Below, in pieces: positions 1 through 9,457 of a DNA stretch of 47,974 nucleotides. How positions within the stretch are numbered: the first letter of the stretch is position 1; every line of letters begins with the position of its first letter. The stretch is taken from the NCBI GenBank assembly GCA_052093725.1, contig JBQDHL010000001.1, positions 9,911-57,884 of the forward strand. The letters are read 5' to 3'. Source of the DNA: Jeotgalicoccus sp. GTDB taxonomy: Bacteria > Bacillota > Bacilli > Staphylococcales > Salinicoccaceae. A model generated the notes under the pieces. It saw only the letters and a list, made by a program, of their open reading frames with translations. It had not been told where the DNA came from and searched no databases. Made by a program: the position numbers and the translations under genes.

Positions 1-350
1 TGACGGATACAGTCGCTAAAACATCTACCGGTGCTATAGAATATGTACCGGTTGTTAGAGTGACGAACATTAACCAGACAATCGATAAGCTGAAGGATCA
101 CAACTTCTGGGTTATCGGCAGCGACGGTTCCGGTACGCTTGATTACCGCGAGATGAACGCGAAATCAGGCAGCACTGCTCTCGTTGTCGGCAGTGAAGGC
201 GAAGGTATCAGCAAAAAGACATTGGAAAAATGCGACTTCATGGTTAAAATTCCAATGGCAGGTGAAATTACGAGTTTGAATGCTTCGGTTTCAGCAGCGC
301 TGCTGATGTACGAAGTGTATCGCCAGCAGAATCCGCTTGGACGTGAGTGA
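1..350 (+). CDS. rlmB: 23S rRNA (Gm2251) 2'-O-methyltransferase, SpoU family; 5'-truncated by the window edge
   Basis: Frame is open from the window start (TDTVAKTSTGAIEYVPVVRVTN...). SPOUT motifs VVGSEGEG and IPMAGEITSLNASVSAA; canonical position before yacP-sigH. Confidence 0.93.
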   Translation, partial: TDTVAKTSTGAIEYVPVVRVTNINQTIDKLKDHNFWVIGSDGSGTLDYREMNAKSGSTALVVGSEGEGISKKTLEKCDFMVKIPMAGEITSLNASVSAALLMYEVYRQQNPLGRE

Positions 351-877
351 TTATGCGTAAAAAAAGACGTTTGCTCGTTGTCGACGGCTACAATTTAATC
401 GGCGCGAACTCAAGATTATTCGCAGAGTCTAAAATTTCACTCCAGCTCGCAAGGGAAGAAGTACTGAAAAGACTGAGTGAGTACCAGTCGCTTCAAAGCT
501 ATGAAATTATCTGCGTGTTTGATGCGTATGAAGTGAAAAGCCAGGAAGCAGTTATCGATTATTACGGCATCACAGTGATTTATACGAAAGAGAAAGAGAC
601 GGCGGACGAATATATAGAACGTTTTGTTTACGATAATTACCACCCGCATCTGTGCGACATCAGTGTCGTTACGAGTGACCTGACAGAACAGAATGCGATA
701 TTTGCATACGGTGCCTACCGGATTCCTTCGCGGGAGATGTGGATGGATCTGGCAGATGCCGATAAAAATATCAGTGCTCATATTGAGACGATAAATGAAA
801 AACTGCCGAGGACAAAACTGGATATCAGTGAAGAAGTGCTCGCAAAAATGGAAAAACTGAGACGCGGTGAAAACTGA
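347..877 (+). CDS. rae1: NYN-domain ribosome-associated endoribonuclease Rae1/YacP
   Basis: LVVDGYNLIG, VFDA, ETADEYIE and VVTSD motifs; lies between rlmB and sigH. Confidence 0.9.
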   Translation: MIMRKKRRLLVVDGYNLIGANSRLFAESKISLQLAREEVLKRLSEYQSLQSYEIICVFDAYEVKSQEAVIDYYGITVIYTKEKETADEYIERFVYDNYHPHLCDISVVTSDLTEQNAIFAYGAYRIPSREMWMDLADADKNISAHIETINEKLPRTKLDISEEVLAKMEKLRRGEN

Positions 878-889
878 CGCCTTGAACAC

Positions 890-938
890 CCGCTTGTAAC
901 CTCATATATTAGAAGCAATATAACAAGGGGATGAGCGG
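890..938 (+). promoter_or_regulatory. Imperfect hairpin covering the sigH RBS
   Basis: CCGCTTGT pairs with ATGAGCGG, CCT with AGG, and TATATT with AATATA. The 3' arm contains the SD AAGGGG and ends at the base before ATG 939. Confidence 0.55.
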
Positions 939-1589
939 ATGTATTCAGTAAAATCATTTTACATTTATGTTAGCGAGCGGCCGGATGATTACGGAAACGA
1001 TGAAGCGAAACTGGATGCTTGTGCACTGCAGGTGAAAGATGGAAATTTTGCGAAATTTGATGAGATTGACCGGGAACTCCGGCCGATTGTCAGAAGAATG
1101 ACATTCAAATACGATATGAACGAATACGACCGTGAAGATTTAGTCCAGGAAATGCTTTTAAATGCATTGATCTTATGCTTGAGATTTGATTATTCAAAAG
1201 GACATTATGGACGTTATGCACTTCGTTCGATCAGACTGAAAATGTACAGTTATATTAATAATTTCAGCGCCTCCCGTCAGATTGAGATCTGTCCGGAAGA
1301 GATTTATATGCTGGAGCCGAGTCATGCGCTGACGCACATTATATTAAAAGAAGTGCAGGAAGAGTATGTCGGGGCAGTCGGCAATTTATCGAATTTTGAA
1401 AAGCGGGTCTTAAAATTATTTATGAACGACTGCACTTTTGACGAGATAGGGAGTATCTTTAATAAGGAATCAGAGGCGATAATTAATACGCTTTACAGGA
1501 TTAAATTCAAGTTCAGCTCGGTTGAAGATTTACACGCTGTTATTGACAATGACGGCTTAAACCGATATAGTATACTAGAATTGAAATGA
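939..1589 (+). CDS. sigH: Alternative sigma-70 factor, SigH-like (diverged)
   Basis: Region 2 DREDLVQE...RFD; region 4 LSNFEKRVL...IINTLYRIK; syntenic with sigH. Confidence 0.8.
   Translation: MYSVKSFYIYVSERPDDYGNDEAKLDACALQVKDGNFAKFDEIDRELRPIVRRMTFKYDMNEYDREDLVQEMLLNALILCLRFDYSKGHYGRYALRSIRLKMYSYINNFSASRQIEICPEEIYMLEPSHALTHIILKEVQEEYVGAVGNLSNFEKRVLKLFMNDCTFDEIGSIFNKESEAIINTLYRIKFKFSSVEDLHAVIDNDGLNRYSILELK
1543..1571 (+). promoter_or_regulatory. sigmaA promoter for rpmG-secE-nusG, inside the sigH 3' end
   Basis: TTGACA-17 bp-TATAGT. Confidence 0.75.
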
Positions 1590-1599
1590 GGATTTTAAG

Positions 1600-1737
1600 A
1601 TGAAAATTGCTCTTATATGCAGTGACTGCGGCTCGCGTAATTATTCATTGAACAAGCCGGTTCACAACGAAAGACTCGTCAGAAAAAAACATTGTCCAAA
1701 ATGCAATAAGCATACAACGCATAAAAGTTCTATATAG
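1600..1737 (+). CDS. rpmG: 50S ribosomal protein L33, Zn-ribbon type, 45 aa (not in the ORF track)
   Basis: [19 protein letters not shown]...[17 protein letters not shown], two CxxC motifs; canonical position before secE. Confidence 0.92.
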   Translation: MKIALICSDCGSRNYSLNKPVHNERLVRKKHCPKCNKHTTHKSSI

Positions 1738-1754
1738 TTCAGGGGGAACGGTTG

Positions 1755-1931
1755 ATGAATAATAATAAAAACTTCTTCCAAAATGTAGTTAGCGAGATGA
1801 AGAAAGTCAGCTGGCCAACAGGACAGGAAGTAGTCCGCTATACGACGACAGTAGTACTTACTGTAGTATTTTTCTTAGCATTTTTCTACGTGTTGGATAT
1901 TGGTATTACAGCATTAATTGATTTTATGTAA
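1755..1931 (+). CDS. secE: Preprotein translocase subunit SecE, 58 aa (not in the ORF track)
   Basis: EMKKVSWPT motif followed by one TM helix; SD AGGGGG. Confidence 0.93.
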   Translation: MNNNKNFFQNVVSEMKKVSWPTGQEVVRYTTTVVLTVVFFLAFFYVLDIGITALIDFM

Positions 1932-1949
1932 ATTTAAAGGAGCGGTAAA

Positions 1950-2489
1950 ATGTCTCTAGACAAGCATTGGTATGCAGTACATACCTATTCAGGCTATGAA
2001 AACAAAGTAAAGGCAAACTTAGAGGCGCGCCTAGAGTCGATGAATATGCAGGATTTAATTTTCCGCGTAGTCATCCCTGAAGAAGAAGAAACAACGATTA
2101 AAGACGGGAAAAAGAAAACGGCAATGAAGAAAACATTTCCGGGATATGTACTCGTTGAATTAGTAATGACAGATGAATCATGGTACGTTGTCCGCAACAC
2201 GCCGGGTGTTACAGGGTTTGTCGGCTCACAGGGAGCGGGCAGCAAGCCGAACCCGCTGCTGCCGGATGAAGTTAAATTTATCCTGCGCCAGATGGGTATG
2301 TCAGAAAAAATTGTTGATGTTGAAGTCGCTGTCGGCGAATCAATCAATATTATCGCAGGTCCATTCAATAACCAGAGCGGTGTAATTGAATCAATCGATG
2401 AGGAACGTTACAAGCTTACGGTACTCGTTGAGATGTTCGGTCGCGAAACGCCGGTCGAAGTTGAATTCGACCAAATCGAAAAACTTTAA
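1950..2489 (+). CDS. nusG: Transcription termination/antitermination factor NusG
   Basis: WYAVHTYSGYENKVK, VRNTPGVTGFVG, FGRETPVE. Confidence 0.98.
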   Translation: MSLDKHWYAVHTYSGYENKVKANLEARLESMNMQDLIFRVVIPEEEETTIKDGKKKTAMKKTFPGYVLVELVMTDESWYVVRNTPGVTGFVGSQGAGSKPNPLLPDEVKFILRQMGMSEKIVDVEVAVGESINIIAGPFNNQSGVIESIDEERYKLTVLVEMFGRETPVEVEFDQIEKL

Positions 2490-2497
2490 TTCTTTTA

Positions 2498-2527
2498 TTG
2501 AAAAATGTAACTAATATGTGCTATACT
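2498..2527 (+). promoter_or_regulatory. sigmaA promoter for rplKA
   Basis: TTGAAA-18 bp-TATACT with extended -10 TG. Confidence 0.65.
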
Positions 2528-2577
2528 TTCATGGTCGCAAATTTGCGGCCATCTTTATTTATGTATACAGATGAAGA

Positions 2578-2611
2578 GTGGGAGGATGAAATCTAATCAT
2601 CCTGTGACCAC
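2578..2611 (+). ncRNA. L1-binding regulatory RNA upstream of rplK
   Basis: GTGGGAG-stem-GACCAC architecture of L1 sites, directly before the rplK SD. Confidence 0.65.
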
Positions 2612-2638
2612 ATCACGATTATGAGGAGGTGCAACATC

Positions 2639-3064
2639 GTGGCTAAAAAAGTTATTAATGTTGTGAAATTGCAGATTCCTGCAGGCAAGGCGAACCCGGC
2701 ACCACCGGTAGGTCCAGCACTAGGTCAAGCAGGCGTAAACATCATGGGATTCTGTAAAGAATTCAACGCACGTACACAAGAGCAGGCAGGTCTAATTATT
2801 CCTGTTGAGATCTCTGTATTTGAAGATCGCTCATTCACTTTTATTACAAAAACTCCACCAGCAGCTGTTCTTCTTAAGAAAGCGGCTAACACTGAGAAGG
2901 GTTCTGGCGAACCTAACAAAAACAAGGTGGCAACTGTTACAGCGGCACAAGTTCGTGAAATCGCTGAAACAAAAATGGAAGATTTAAATGCAGCATCAGT
3001 AGACGCAGCAGTAAGAATGGTAGAAGGTACAGCTAGAAGCATGGGCTTCTCTGTCGAAAAATAA
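2639..3064 (+). CDS. rplK: 50S ribosomal protein L11 (GTG start at 2639)
   Basis: [13 protein letters not shown]; SD GAGGAGG before the GTG. Confidence 0.98.
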   Translation: MAKKVINVVKLQIPAGKANPAPPVGPALGQAGVNIMGFCKEFNARTQEQAGLIIPVEISVFEDRSFTFITKTPPAAVLLKKAANTEKGSGEPNKNKVATVTAAQVREIAETKMEDLNAASVDAAVRMVEGTARSMGFSVEK

Positions 3065-3083
3065 ATTAAGTATTAATACGGTC

Positions 3084-3111
3084 GTGGGAGGATTAACCCC
3101 GCTATAACCAC
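3084..3111 (+). ncRNA. L1-binding regulatory RNA upstream of rplA
   Basis: GTGGGAGG...ATAACCAC, adjacent to the rplA SD AAGGAGG. Confidence 0.65.
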
Positions 3112-3125
3112 AAGGAGGAATATAT

Positions 3126-3824
3126 ATGGCTAAGAGAGGTAAAAAGTATCAAGCTGCTCTAGAAAAGTTTGATCATAACTCTACATTCTCAATTGAAGAA
3201 GCAATTAAACTTGCTAAAGAAACGCATGTTGCCAACTTTGATGCTTCAGTTGAAGTAGCATTCCGTCTAGGTATTGATACGCGTAAAAATGATCAGCAGA
3301 TCCGTGGAGCATTAGTATTGCCACATGGTACTGGTAAGTCACAACGTGTATTAGTATTTGCTAAAGGCGAAAAAGCTAAAGAAGCAGAAGCAGCTGGCGC
3401 AGATTTCGTAGGCGAAGCAGAACTAGCACAAAAAATTAGTGGTGGATGGTTTGATTTCGATGTAATCGTTGCAACACCGGACATGATGGGCGAAGTTGGT
3501 AAATTAGGACGCGTACTTGGACCTAAAGGACTAATGCCAAACCCTAAAACTGGTACAGTAACGATGGACGTAACGAAAGCAGTTAAAGAAATCAAAGCTG
3601 GTAAAGTTGAATACCGCGCTGAAAAAGCTGGTATTATTCATGTTGGAATCGGTAAAGTTTCATTTACTGAAGAACAGCTTGTAGAAAACTTTAAAGCAAT
3701 TCACGATGCGCTTGAAAAAGCTAAACCTGCATCATCTAAAGGTGTTTACTTCAAATCAGTTACAGTATCAAGCACGATGGGTCCTGGAATCACGGTTGAT
3801 CCAAGCGTAGTAAGAACTGTATAA
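3126..3824 (+). CDS. rplA: 50S ribosomal protein L1
   Basis: [27 protein letters not shown]. Confidence 0.98.
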   Translation: MAKRGKKYQAALEKFDHNSTFSIEEAIKLAKETHVANFDASVEVAFRLGIDTRKNDQQIRGALVLPHGTGKSQRVLVFAKGEKAKEAEAAGADFVGEAELAQKISGGWFDFDVIVATPDMMGEVGKLGRVLGPKGLMPNPKTGTVTMDVTKAVKEIKAGKVEYRAEKAGIIHVGIGKVSFTEEQLVENFKAIHDALEKAKPASSKGVYFKSVTVSSTMGPGITVDPSVVRTV

Positions 3825-3837
3825 AACAAAATAAATA

Positions 3838-3866
3838 TTGACAAGTGTAGATATATCAGTTATATT
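3838..3866 (+). promoter_or_regulatory. sigmaA promoter for rplJL
   Basis: TTGACA-17 bp-TATATT. Confidence 0.7.
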
Positions 3867-3887
3867 TACACTTGTAAATTTAAAGAT

Positions 3888-4012
3888 TACCTAAGACAGC
3901 AGGAGCTGATTATATCAGCTTAATAACTATCCTGCCGAGGCAAATAAAAATGACTTGAATGATATTCTTATAAATTCAAGCACTTTTTGCCGCTGGTAAA
4001 AGGTGCTTTTTT
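3888..4012 (+). ncRNA. L10 leader (attenuator)
   Basis: AAGACAGCAGGAG...TTAAT...TCCTGCCGAGG core, followed by terminator AAGCACTTTT...AAAAGGTGCTTTTTT, upstream of rplJ. Confidence 0.85.
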
Positions 4013-4046
4013 ATTTGCACCAAAAAATTAATGGAGGTGTAACTAC

Positions 4047-4553
4047 ATGTCAAACGTGATTGAACAAAAACAACAGCACGTTGAAGTGATTTCGGAACAG
4101 CTTAAAAACTCTGTATCTACTGTATTGGTAGACTACCGTGGTTTAAAAGTTTCTGAAGTAACTGAACTACGTAAGCAATTACGTGATGCTGGAATTGAAT
4201 TCAAAGTTTACAAAAACACGATGGTTCGCCGTGCTGCGGAATCACAAGGCTTATCTGAGCTTAACGAATTCCTAGCTGGTCCAAGTGCAATCGCATTTTC
4301 TAACGAAGATGTTATCGCGCCTGCTAAAATCATCCACGAATTCTCTAAAAAACACGAAGCTTTAGAAATTAAAGCGGGCGTTATCGAAGGTAGTTTCGTA
4401 CCGGCAGAAGATGTTAAAGCAATTGCATCTCTACCATCAAGAGACGGGTTACTTTCTATGCTGTTATCAGTATTACAAGCACCAGTACGCAACTTCGCTT
4501 ATGCGGTTAAAGCTATCGGTGAAGAAAAAGAACAAGAAAACGGCGAAGCTTAA
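4047..4553 (+). CDS. rplJ: 50S ribosomal protein L10
   Basis: [22 protein letters not shown]. Confidence 0.98.
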   Translation: MSNVIEQKQQHVEVISEQLKNSVSTVLVDYRGLKVSEVTELRKQLRDAGIEFKVYKNTMVRRAAESQGLSELNEFLAGPSAIAFSNEDVIAPAKIIHEFSKKHEALEIKAGVIEGSFVPAEDVKAIASLPSRDGLLSMLLSVLQAPVRNFAYAVKAIGEEKEQENGEA

Positions 4554-4600
4554 ATTTTAAGTACGCTTAAAAACAACTAAAAAAATGGAGGAATATTATT

Positions 4601-4966
4601 ATGGCTAACAATGAACAAATCATTGAAAGTATTAAAGAAATGTCAGTTTTAGAGTTAAACGACTTAGTAAAAGCGATTGAAGAAGAATTTGGCGTAACAG
4701 CTGCTGCTCCTGTAGCTGCTGCAGGTGGCGGAGAAGCTGCTGCTGCTGAAGAACAAACTGAATTTGATGTAGAACTTACATCTGCAGGTTCATCTAAGAT
4801 TAAAGTAATCAAAGTAGTTCGCGAAGCTACTGGTCTTGGTCTTAAAGATGCTAAAGGTTTAGTTGACGACGCTCCTAAAGTTGTTAAAGAAGGTCTTTCT
4901 AAAGAAGACGCTGAAGCACTTAAAGCTCAACTTGAAGAAGTTGGCGCTGGCGTAGAAATTAAGTAG
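4601..4966 (+). CDS. rplL: 50S ribosomal protein L7/L12
   Basis: [29 protein letters not shown]. Confidence 0.98.
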   Translation: MANNEQIIESIKEMSVLELNDLVKAIEEEFGVTAAAPVAAAGGGEAAAAEEQTEFDVELTSAGSSKIKVIKVVREATGLGLKDAKGLVDDAPKVVKEGLSKEDAEALKAQLEEVGAGVEIK

Positions 4967-4984
4967 TCTAAATAATTTTGACAC

Positions 4985-5024
4985 AAAAAGTTCCCGTAAA
5001 CATAAGTTTATTGGGGACTTTTTT
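4985..5024 (+). terminator. Intrinsic terminator after rplL
   Basis: AAAAAGTTCCC...GGGGACTTTTTT hairpin with U-tract. Confidence 0.75.
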
Positions 5025-5053
5025 AGTTACTTTTACCGATTGGGGGAGATTTC

Positions 5054-5641
5054 ATGTCTCACTATTTCACTACAGATAATACACCGCATGAATTCAGCGA
5101 AATAAAGTTCAGTTTCAACGATCATGTTTACCGTTTTAAGACAGATCGCGGCGTATTTTCCAGAAATCAGATCGATTACGGTACAGAGGTATTAATCAGA
5201 ACTGTGCTTGCGGAATTTAAAGGTGCCGGTAAGTTTATAGATATGGGCTCAGGATATGGTCCGATTGGTACCGTACTTGGAAGAGAACTTGGATTAAGCC
5301 CGATAATGGTCGAAGTTAATGATGATGCCGTGCAATTGTCAATTGAAAATACACGCCGGGAAAAAGTGAATGCCGACGTGCTCGACCGGGATAGTTATAA
5401 TGATATGCCGTTCAATGTGCCGCTTTATGTTACGAATCCGCCGTTCAGAGCGGGAAAAGATACAGTTCTCGATATGCTGAATGATGGTTTCAAACGCCTT
5501 GAAAAAGAGGGTGAATTTTATATGGTTGTGCAGAAAAAACAGGGCATGGCGTCTTATAAAAAACATTTGAAATCACTGTTTGGAAATGTTGAAATTGCAT
5601 CAAAAGATAAAGGGTATTACATCTTAAAAAGCACTAAATAA
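5054..5641 (+). CDS. RsmC-like class I SAM methyltransferase (YbxB)
   Basis: GVFS, DMGSGYGPIG and TNPPF motifs; lies between rplL and rpoB. Confidence 0.88.
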   Translation: MSHYFTTDNTPHEFSEIKFSFNDHVYRFKTDRGVFSRNQIDYGTEVLIRTVLAEFKGAGKFIDMGSGYGPIGTVLGRELGLSPIMVEVNDDAVQLSIENTRREKVNADVLDRDSYNDMPFNVPLYVTNPPFRAGKDTVLDMLNDGFKRLEKEGEFYMVVQKKQGMASYKKHLKSLFGNVEIASKDKGYYILKSTK

Positions 5642-5655
5642 AAGAAATTATATAT

Positions 5656-5684
5656 TTGACTTGACAAATTGTATATGTTATTCT
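5656..5684 (+). promoter_or_regulatory. sigmaA promoter for rpoBC
   Basis: TTGACT-17 bp-TATTCT with extended -10 TG. Confidence 0.65.
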
Positions 5685-5877
5685 TGTAGAATGTTAAATT
5701 AATATCAATAAGTATGTACTTTTCTGTGCAGCTGTTGAATGGCGCATTTTAAACGAGTGTCCAGTTTAATAGGAAATGGAGTTGAATACGATTCCGTTTT
5801 CTTTTTGTCTTTTGAACTGTTCCGCACTTAAATGCCCGTTATAGTTTACGCAAATATTATTAGGGGTGAATCTGTCG

Positions 5878-8800
5878 ATGAGTCAATTGATTCAGTATGG
5901 AAGACATGCACAACGTAGAAGTTATGCGCGTATCGAAGAGAAGTTAGAATTACCTAACTTGATTGAGATTCAGACGGACTCGTACGAGTGGTTTTTAGAA
6001 ACCGGTCTAATCGAAATGTTTAAAGATATTTCTCCAGTAGAAGATTTTACAGGGAATATGTCTTTAGAGTTTGTCGATTACAAGCTCGGCGAGTCGAAGT
6101 ATAACGAGGAAGAAGCGAAAGATCACGACTCAACTTACTCAGCACCGCTGAGAGTGAAAGTCCGCTTAGTCATCAAAGAAACCGGCGAAGTTAAAGAGCA
6201 GGACGTATTTATGGGAGATTTCCCATTGATGACCGATACAGGTACTTTTATTATTAATGGCGCAGAACGTGTAATCGTTTCGCAATTAGTAAGAAGCCCA
6301 TCTGTATATTTCTCTGAGAAGTTCGACAAGAATGGTAAATTGAACTTCGGAGCAACAGTCATCCCTAACCGTGGCGCATGGTTAGAATATGAAATCGACG
6401 CAAAAGATGTCGTATATGTAAGAATCGACCGCACGCGTAAATTACCGATGACGGTATTATTACGTGCGTTAGGTTTTGCAACTGACGAAGAAATCATCAA
6501 CCTTCTTGGCGATAACGAATATCTTCGTAATACGCTTGAGAAAGATGCGACAGAAACAGTCGACCAGGCCCTGTTAGAAATTTACGAAAGATTGCGTCCA
6601 GGCGAACCGCCAACAGTAGAAAACGCACGTAATTTATTATATTCGAGATTCTTTGATCCAAAACGTTACGACCTTGCAAATGTCGGACGCTATAAGATGA
6701 ATAAGAAACTTCATCTGCAAAACCGTCTCTTCAATCAAGTGCTTACAGAACCGATTGTTGACTCAGAGACAGGTGAAATTATTGCTGAAGCAGGTTCAAC
6801 TATCGACCGCCGTACACTGGATTCGATTATGGAACAGCTTGAAACAACTGCTAACCTGCAAACTCATCACCTTGAACAAGGTCTTTTGGATGAGCCTGTT
6901 GAAATTCAGTCGGTGAAAGTAAGATCACGCAACAACGAAGAGCATTCAACGACAGTAATCGGTAATGCTTTCCCTGATGTGGAAGTTAAATCAATCACAC
7001 CTTCAGATATTATTTCTTCAATGAGTTATTTCTTTAACTTATTAGAAGGTGTCGGCTTTACTGATGATATCGACCACCTTGGTAACCGCCGTCTGCGTTC
7101 AGTCGGTGAATTGCTGCAAAACCAATTCCGTATCGGTGTTTCACGTATGGAACGTGTTGTGCGTGAAAGAATGTCGATTCAGGATACTGAAACGGTAACA
7201 CCGCAGCAGCTGATTAACATCCGTCCGGTAATTGCATCTATTAAAGAGTTCTTCGGAAGCTCGCAATTATCGCAGTTCATGGACCAGACGAACCCGCTTG
7301 CAGAACTGACGCACAAACGTCGTCTGTCAGCATTAGGGCCCGGCGGTTTAACTCGTGAACGTGCCGGTATGGAAGTACGTGACGTTCACTACTCTCACTA
7401 CGGACGTATGTGTCCGATTGAAACGCCGGAGGGACCGAACATCGGGCTGATTAACACGCTGTCGAGTTACGCACGTGTTAACGACTTTGGCTTTATGGAA
7501 ACGCCATATAGAAAAGTAGACCCTGAAACGAATAAAGTAACGAATCAAATCGATTACTTAACAGCTGACGAAGAAGACAGCTATGTCGTTGCACAGGCAA
7601 ACGCTGTTCTCGATGAAGATGGTGCATTCCTCGATGAGGAAGTTATCTGTCGTTTCCGCGGAAACAATACACAGATGCAGCGCGATCGTATGGACTACAT
7701 GGATGTATCGCCTAAGCAGGTAGTTTCTGCTGCGACAGCTTGTATTCCATTCCTTGAGAACGATGACTCTAACCGTGCGCTTATGGGTGCGAACATGCAG
7801 CGTCAGGCCGTTCCATTATTAAACCCTGAATCACCGTTTATCGGTACGGGTATGGAACACGTGTCTGCCCGCGACTCAGGTGCTGCAGTGATTTCACGCT
7901 ACAGAGGGCGTGTTGAGCATGTTGAAGCTAGAGAAATTCACGTTCGCCGTATCGAAGATAAAAACGGCAAAGACGTAGAGACAGAAAAAGATGTTTACAG
8001 ATTAACTAAGTTCGAGCGTTCAAACGCGGGAACTTGTTATAACCAGCAGCCTATTATTACTGAAGGCGATATTGTTTCTAAGGGTGAAATGTTAGCTGAT
8101 GGTCCTTCTATGGACAACGGTGAAATGGCACTTGGACGTAACCTTGTTGTCGGCTTTATGACTTGGGACGGTTATAACTATGAGGATGCTGTAATTATGA
8201 GTGAGCGTCTTGTGAAACAGGATGTATACACTTCAATTCATATTGAAGAATACGAATCTGAATCTAGAGATACGAAACTCGGACCTGAAGAAATTACGCG
8301 TGATATTCCAAACGTCTCTGATAGCGCGCTTAAGAAACTGGACGACCGCGGAATTGTTCACATTGGTGCTGAAGTTATCGACGGTGATATTCTTGTCGGT
8401 AAAGTGACGCCTAAAGGTGTAACGGAATTAACTGCAGAAGAACGTCTGCTGCATGCAATCTTCGGTGAAAAAGCTCGTGAAGTAAGAGATACTTCACTGC
8501 GTGTACCTCACGGTGCAGGCGGAATCGTGCTTGACGTTAAAGTCTTCAACCGTGAAGACGGAGACGAATTATCACCTGGTGTGAACCAGCTCGTACGCGT
8601 TTATATCGTTCAGAAGAGAAAGATCTCTGAAGGAGATAAAATGTGTGGACGCCACGGTAACAAAGGTGTTATTTCGAAGATTTTACCAGAAGAAGATATG
8701 CCTTATATGCCAGACGGCACGCCAATTGACATCATGCTTAACCCGCTCGGAGTTCCATCTCGTATGAACATCGGTCAGGTGCTTGAACTGCACCTCGGTA

Positions 8801-9420
8801 TGGCAGCACGTGCAATGGGCTTAAGAATGGCATCTCCTGTATTTGATGGAGCGAATGAAAACGATGTGTGGTCTACGATGGAAGAAGCAGGACTTGCACG
8901 CGATGGTAAGACGGTATTATATGACGGACGTTCAGGCGAACCGTTTGAAAACCGTATTTCTGTCGGCGTAATGTACATGCTGAAACTTGCACACATGGTT
9001 GACGATAAACTTCACGCAAGAAGTACTGGACCATACTCATTAGTAACGCAGCAGCCGCTTGGTGGTAAAGCACAATTCGGTGGACAGCGTTTTGGTGAGA
9101 TGGAAGTATGGGCACTTGAAGCATATGGTGCTGCATACACATTACAGGAAATCCTAACAGTTAAATCTGATGATACTGTCGGTCGTGTGAAAACATACGA
9201 AGCGATTGTTAAAGGTGAAAACCTGCCGAAACCAGGGGTTCCTGAGTCGTTCAGAGTATTGATGAAAGAACTTCAAAGTTTAGGCCTTGACGTAAGTATC
9301 ATGGATGAAAACGACGAAGAAATTGAATTGCGTGATACAGAAGATGATGAGATTCAAAGCCAACCGACTCAATCGGACAACGTAACTGCTTCAGCTAAAA
9401 ATGAAAATGTTACTGAGTAA
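5878..9420 (+). CDS. rpoB: RNA polymerase beta subunit (likely ATG start at 5878)
   Basis: [45 protein letters not shown]; SD AGGGGTGA. Confidence 0.99.
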   Translation: MSQLIQYGRHAQRRSYARIEEKLELPNLIEIQTDSYEWFLETGLIEMFKDISPVEDFTGNMSLEFVDYKLGESKYNEEEAKDHDSTYSAPLRVKVRLVIKETGEVKEQDVFMGDFPLMTDTGTFIINGAERVIVSQLVRSPSVYFSEKFDKNGKLNFGATVIPNRGAWLEYEIDAKDVVYVRIDRTRKLPMTVLLRALGFATDEEIINLLGDNEYLRNTLEKDATETVDQALLEIYERLRPGEPPTVENARNLLYSRFFDPKRYDLANVGRYKMNKKLHLQNRLFNQVLTEPIVDSETGEIIAEAGSTIDRRTLDSIMEQLETTANLQTHHLEQGLLDEPVEIQSVKVRSRNNEEHSTTVIGNAFPDVEVKSITPSDIISSMSYFFNLLEGVGFTDDIDHLGNRRLRSVGELLQNQFRIGVSRMERVVRERMSIQDTETVTPQQLINIRPVIASIKEFFGSSQLSQFMDQTNPLAELTHKRRLSALGPGGLTRERAGMEVRDVHYSHYGRMCPIETPEGPNIGLINTLSSYARVNDFGFMETPYRKVDPETNKVTNQIDYLTADEEDSYVVAQANAVLDEDGAFLDEEVICRFRGNNTQMQRDRMDYMDVSPKQVVSAATACIPFLENDDSNRALMGANMQRQAVPLLNPESPFIGTGMEHVSARDSGAAVISRYRGRVEHVEAREIHVRRIEDKNGKDVETEKDVYRLTKFERSNAGTCYNQQPIITEGDIVSKGEMLADGPSMDNGEMALGRNLVVGFMTWDGYNYEDAVIMSERLVKQDVYTSIHIEEYESESRDTKLGPEEITRDIPNVSDSALKKLDDRGIVHIGAEVIDGDILVGKVTPKGVTELTAEERLLHAIFGEKAREVRDTSLRVPHGAGGIVLDVKVFNREDGDELSPGVNQLVRVYIVQKRKISEGDKMCGRHGNKGVISKILPEEDMPYMPDGTPIDIMLNPLGVPSRMNIGQVLELHLGMAARAMGLRMASPVFDGANENDVWSTMEEAGLARDGKTVLYDGRSGEPFENRISVGVMYMLKLAHMVDDKLHARSTGPYSLVTQQPLGGKAQFGGQRFGEMEVWALEAYGAAYTLQEILTVKSDDTVGRVKTYEAIVKGENLPKPGVPESFRVLMKELQSLGLDVSIMDENDEEIELRDTEDDEIQSQPTQSDNVTASAKNENVTE

Positions 9421-9457
9421 TGTGCTGAGCTGAGAAAACTTTAGGGAGGAAAGCTCA

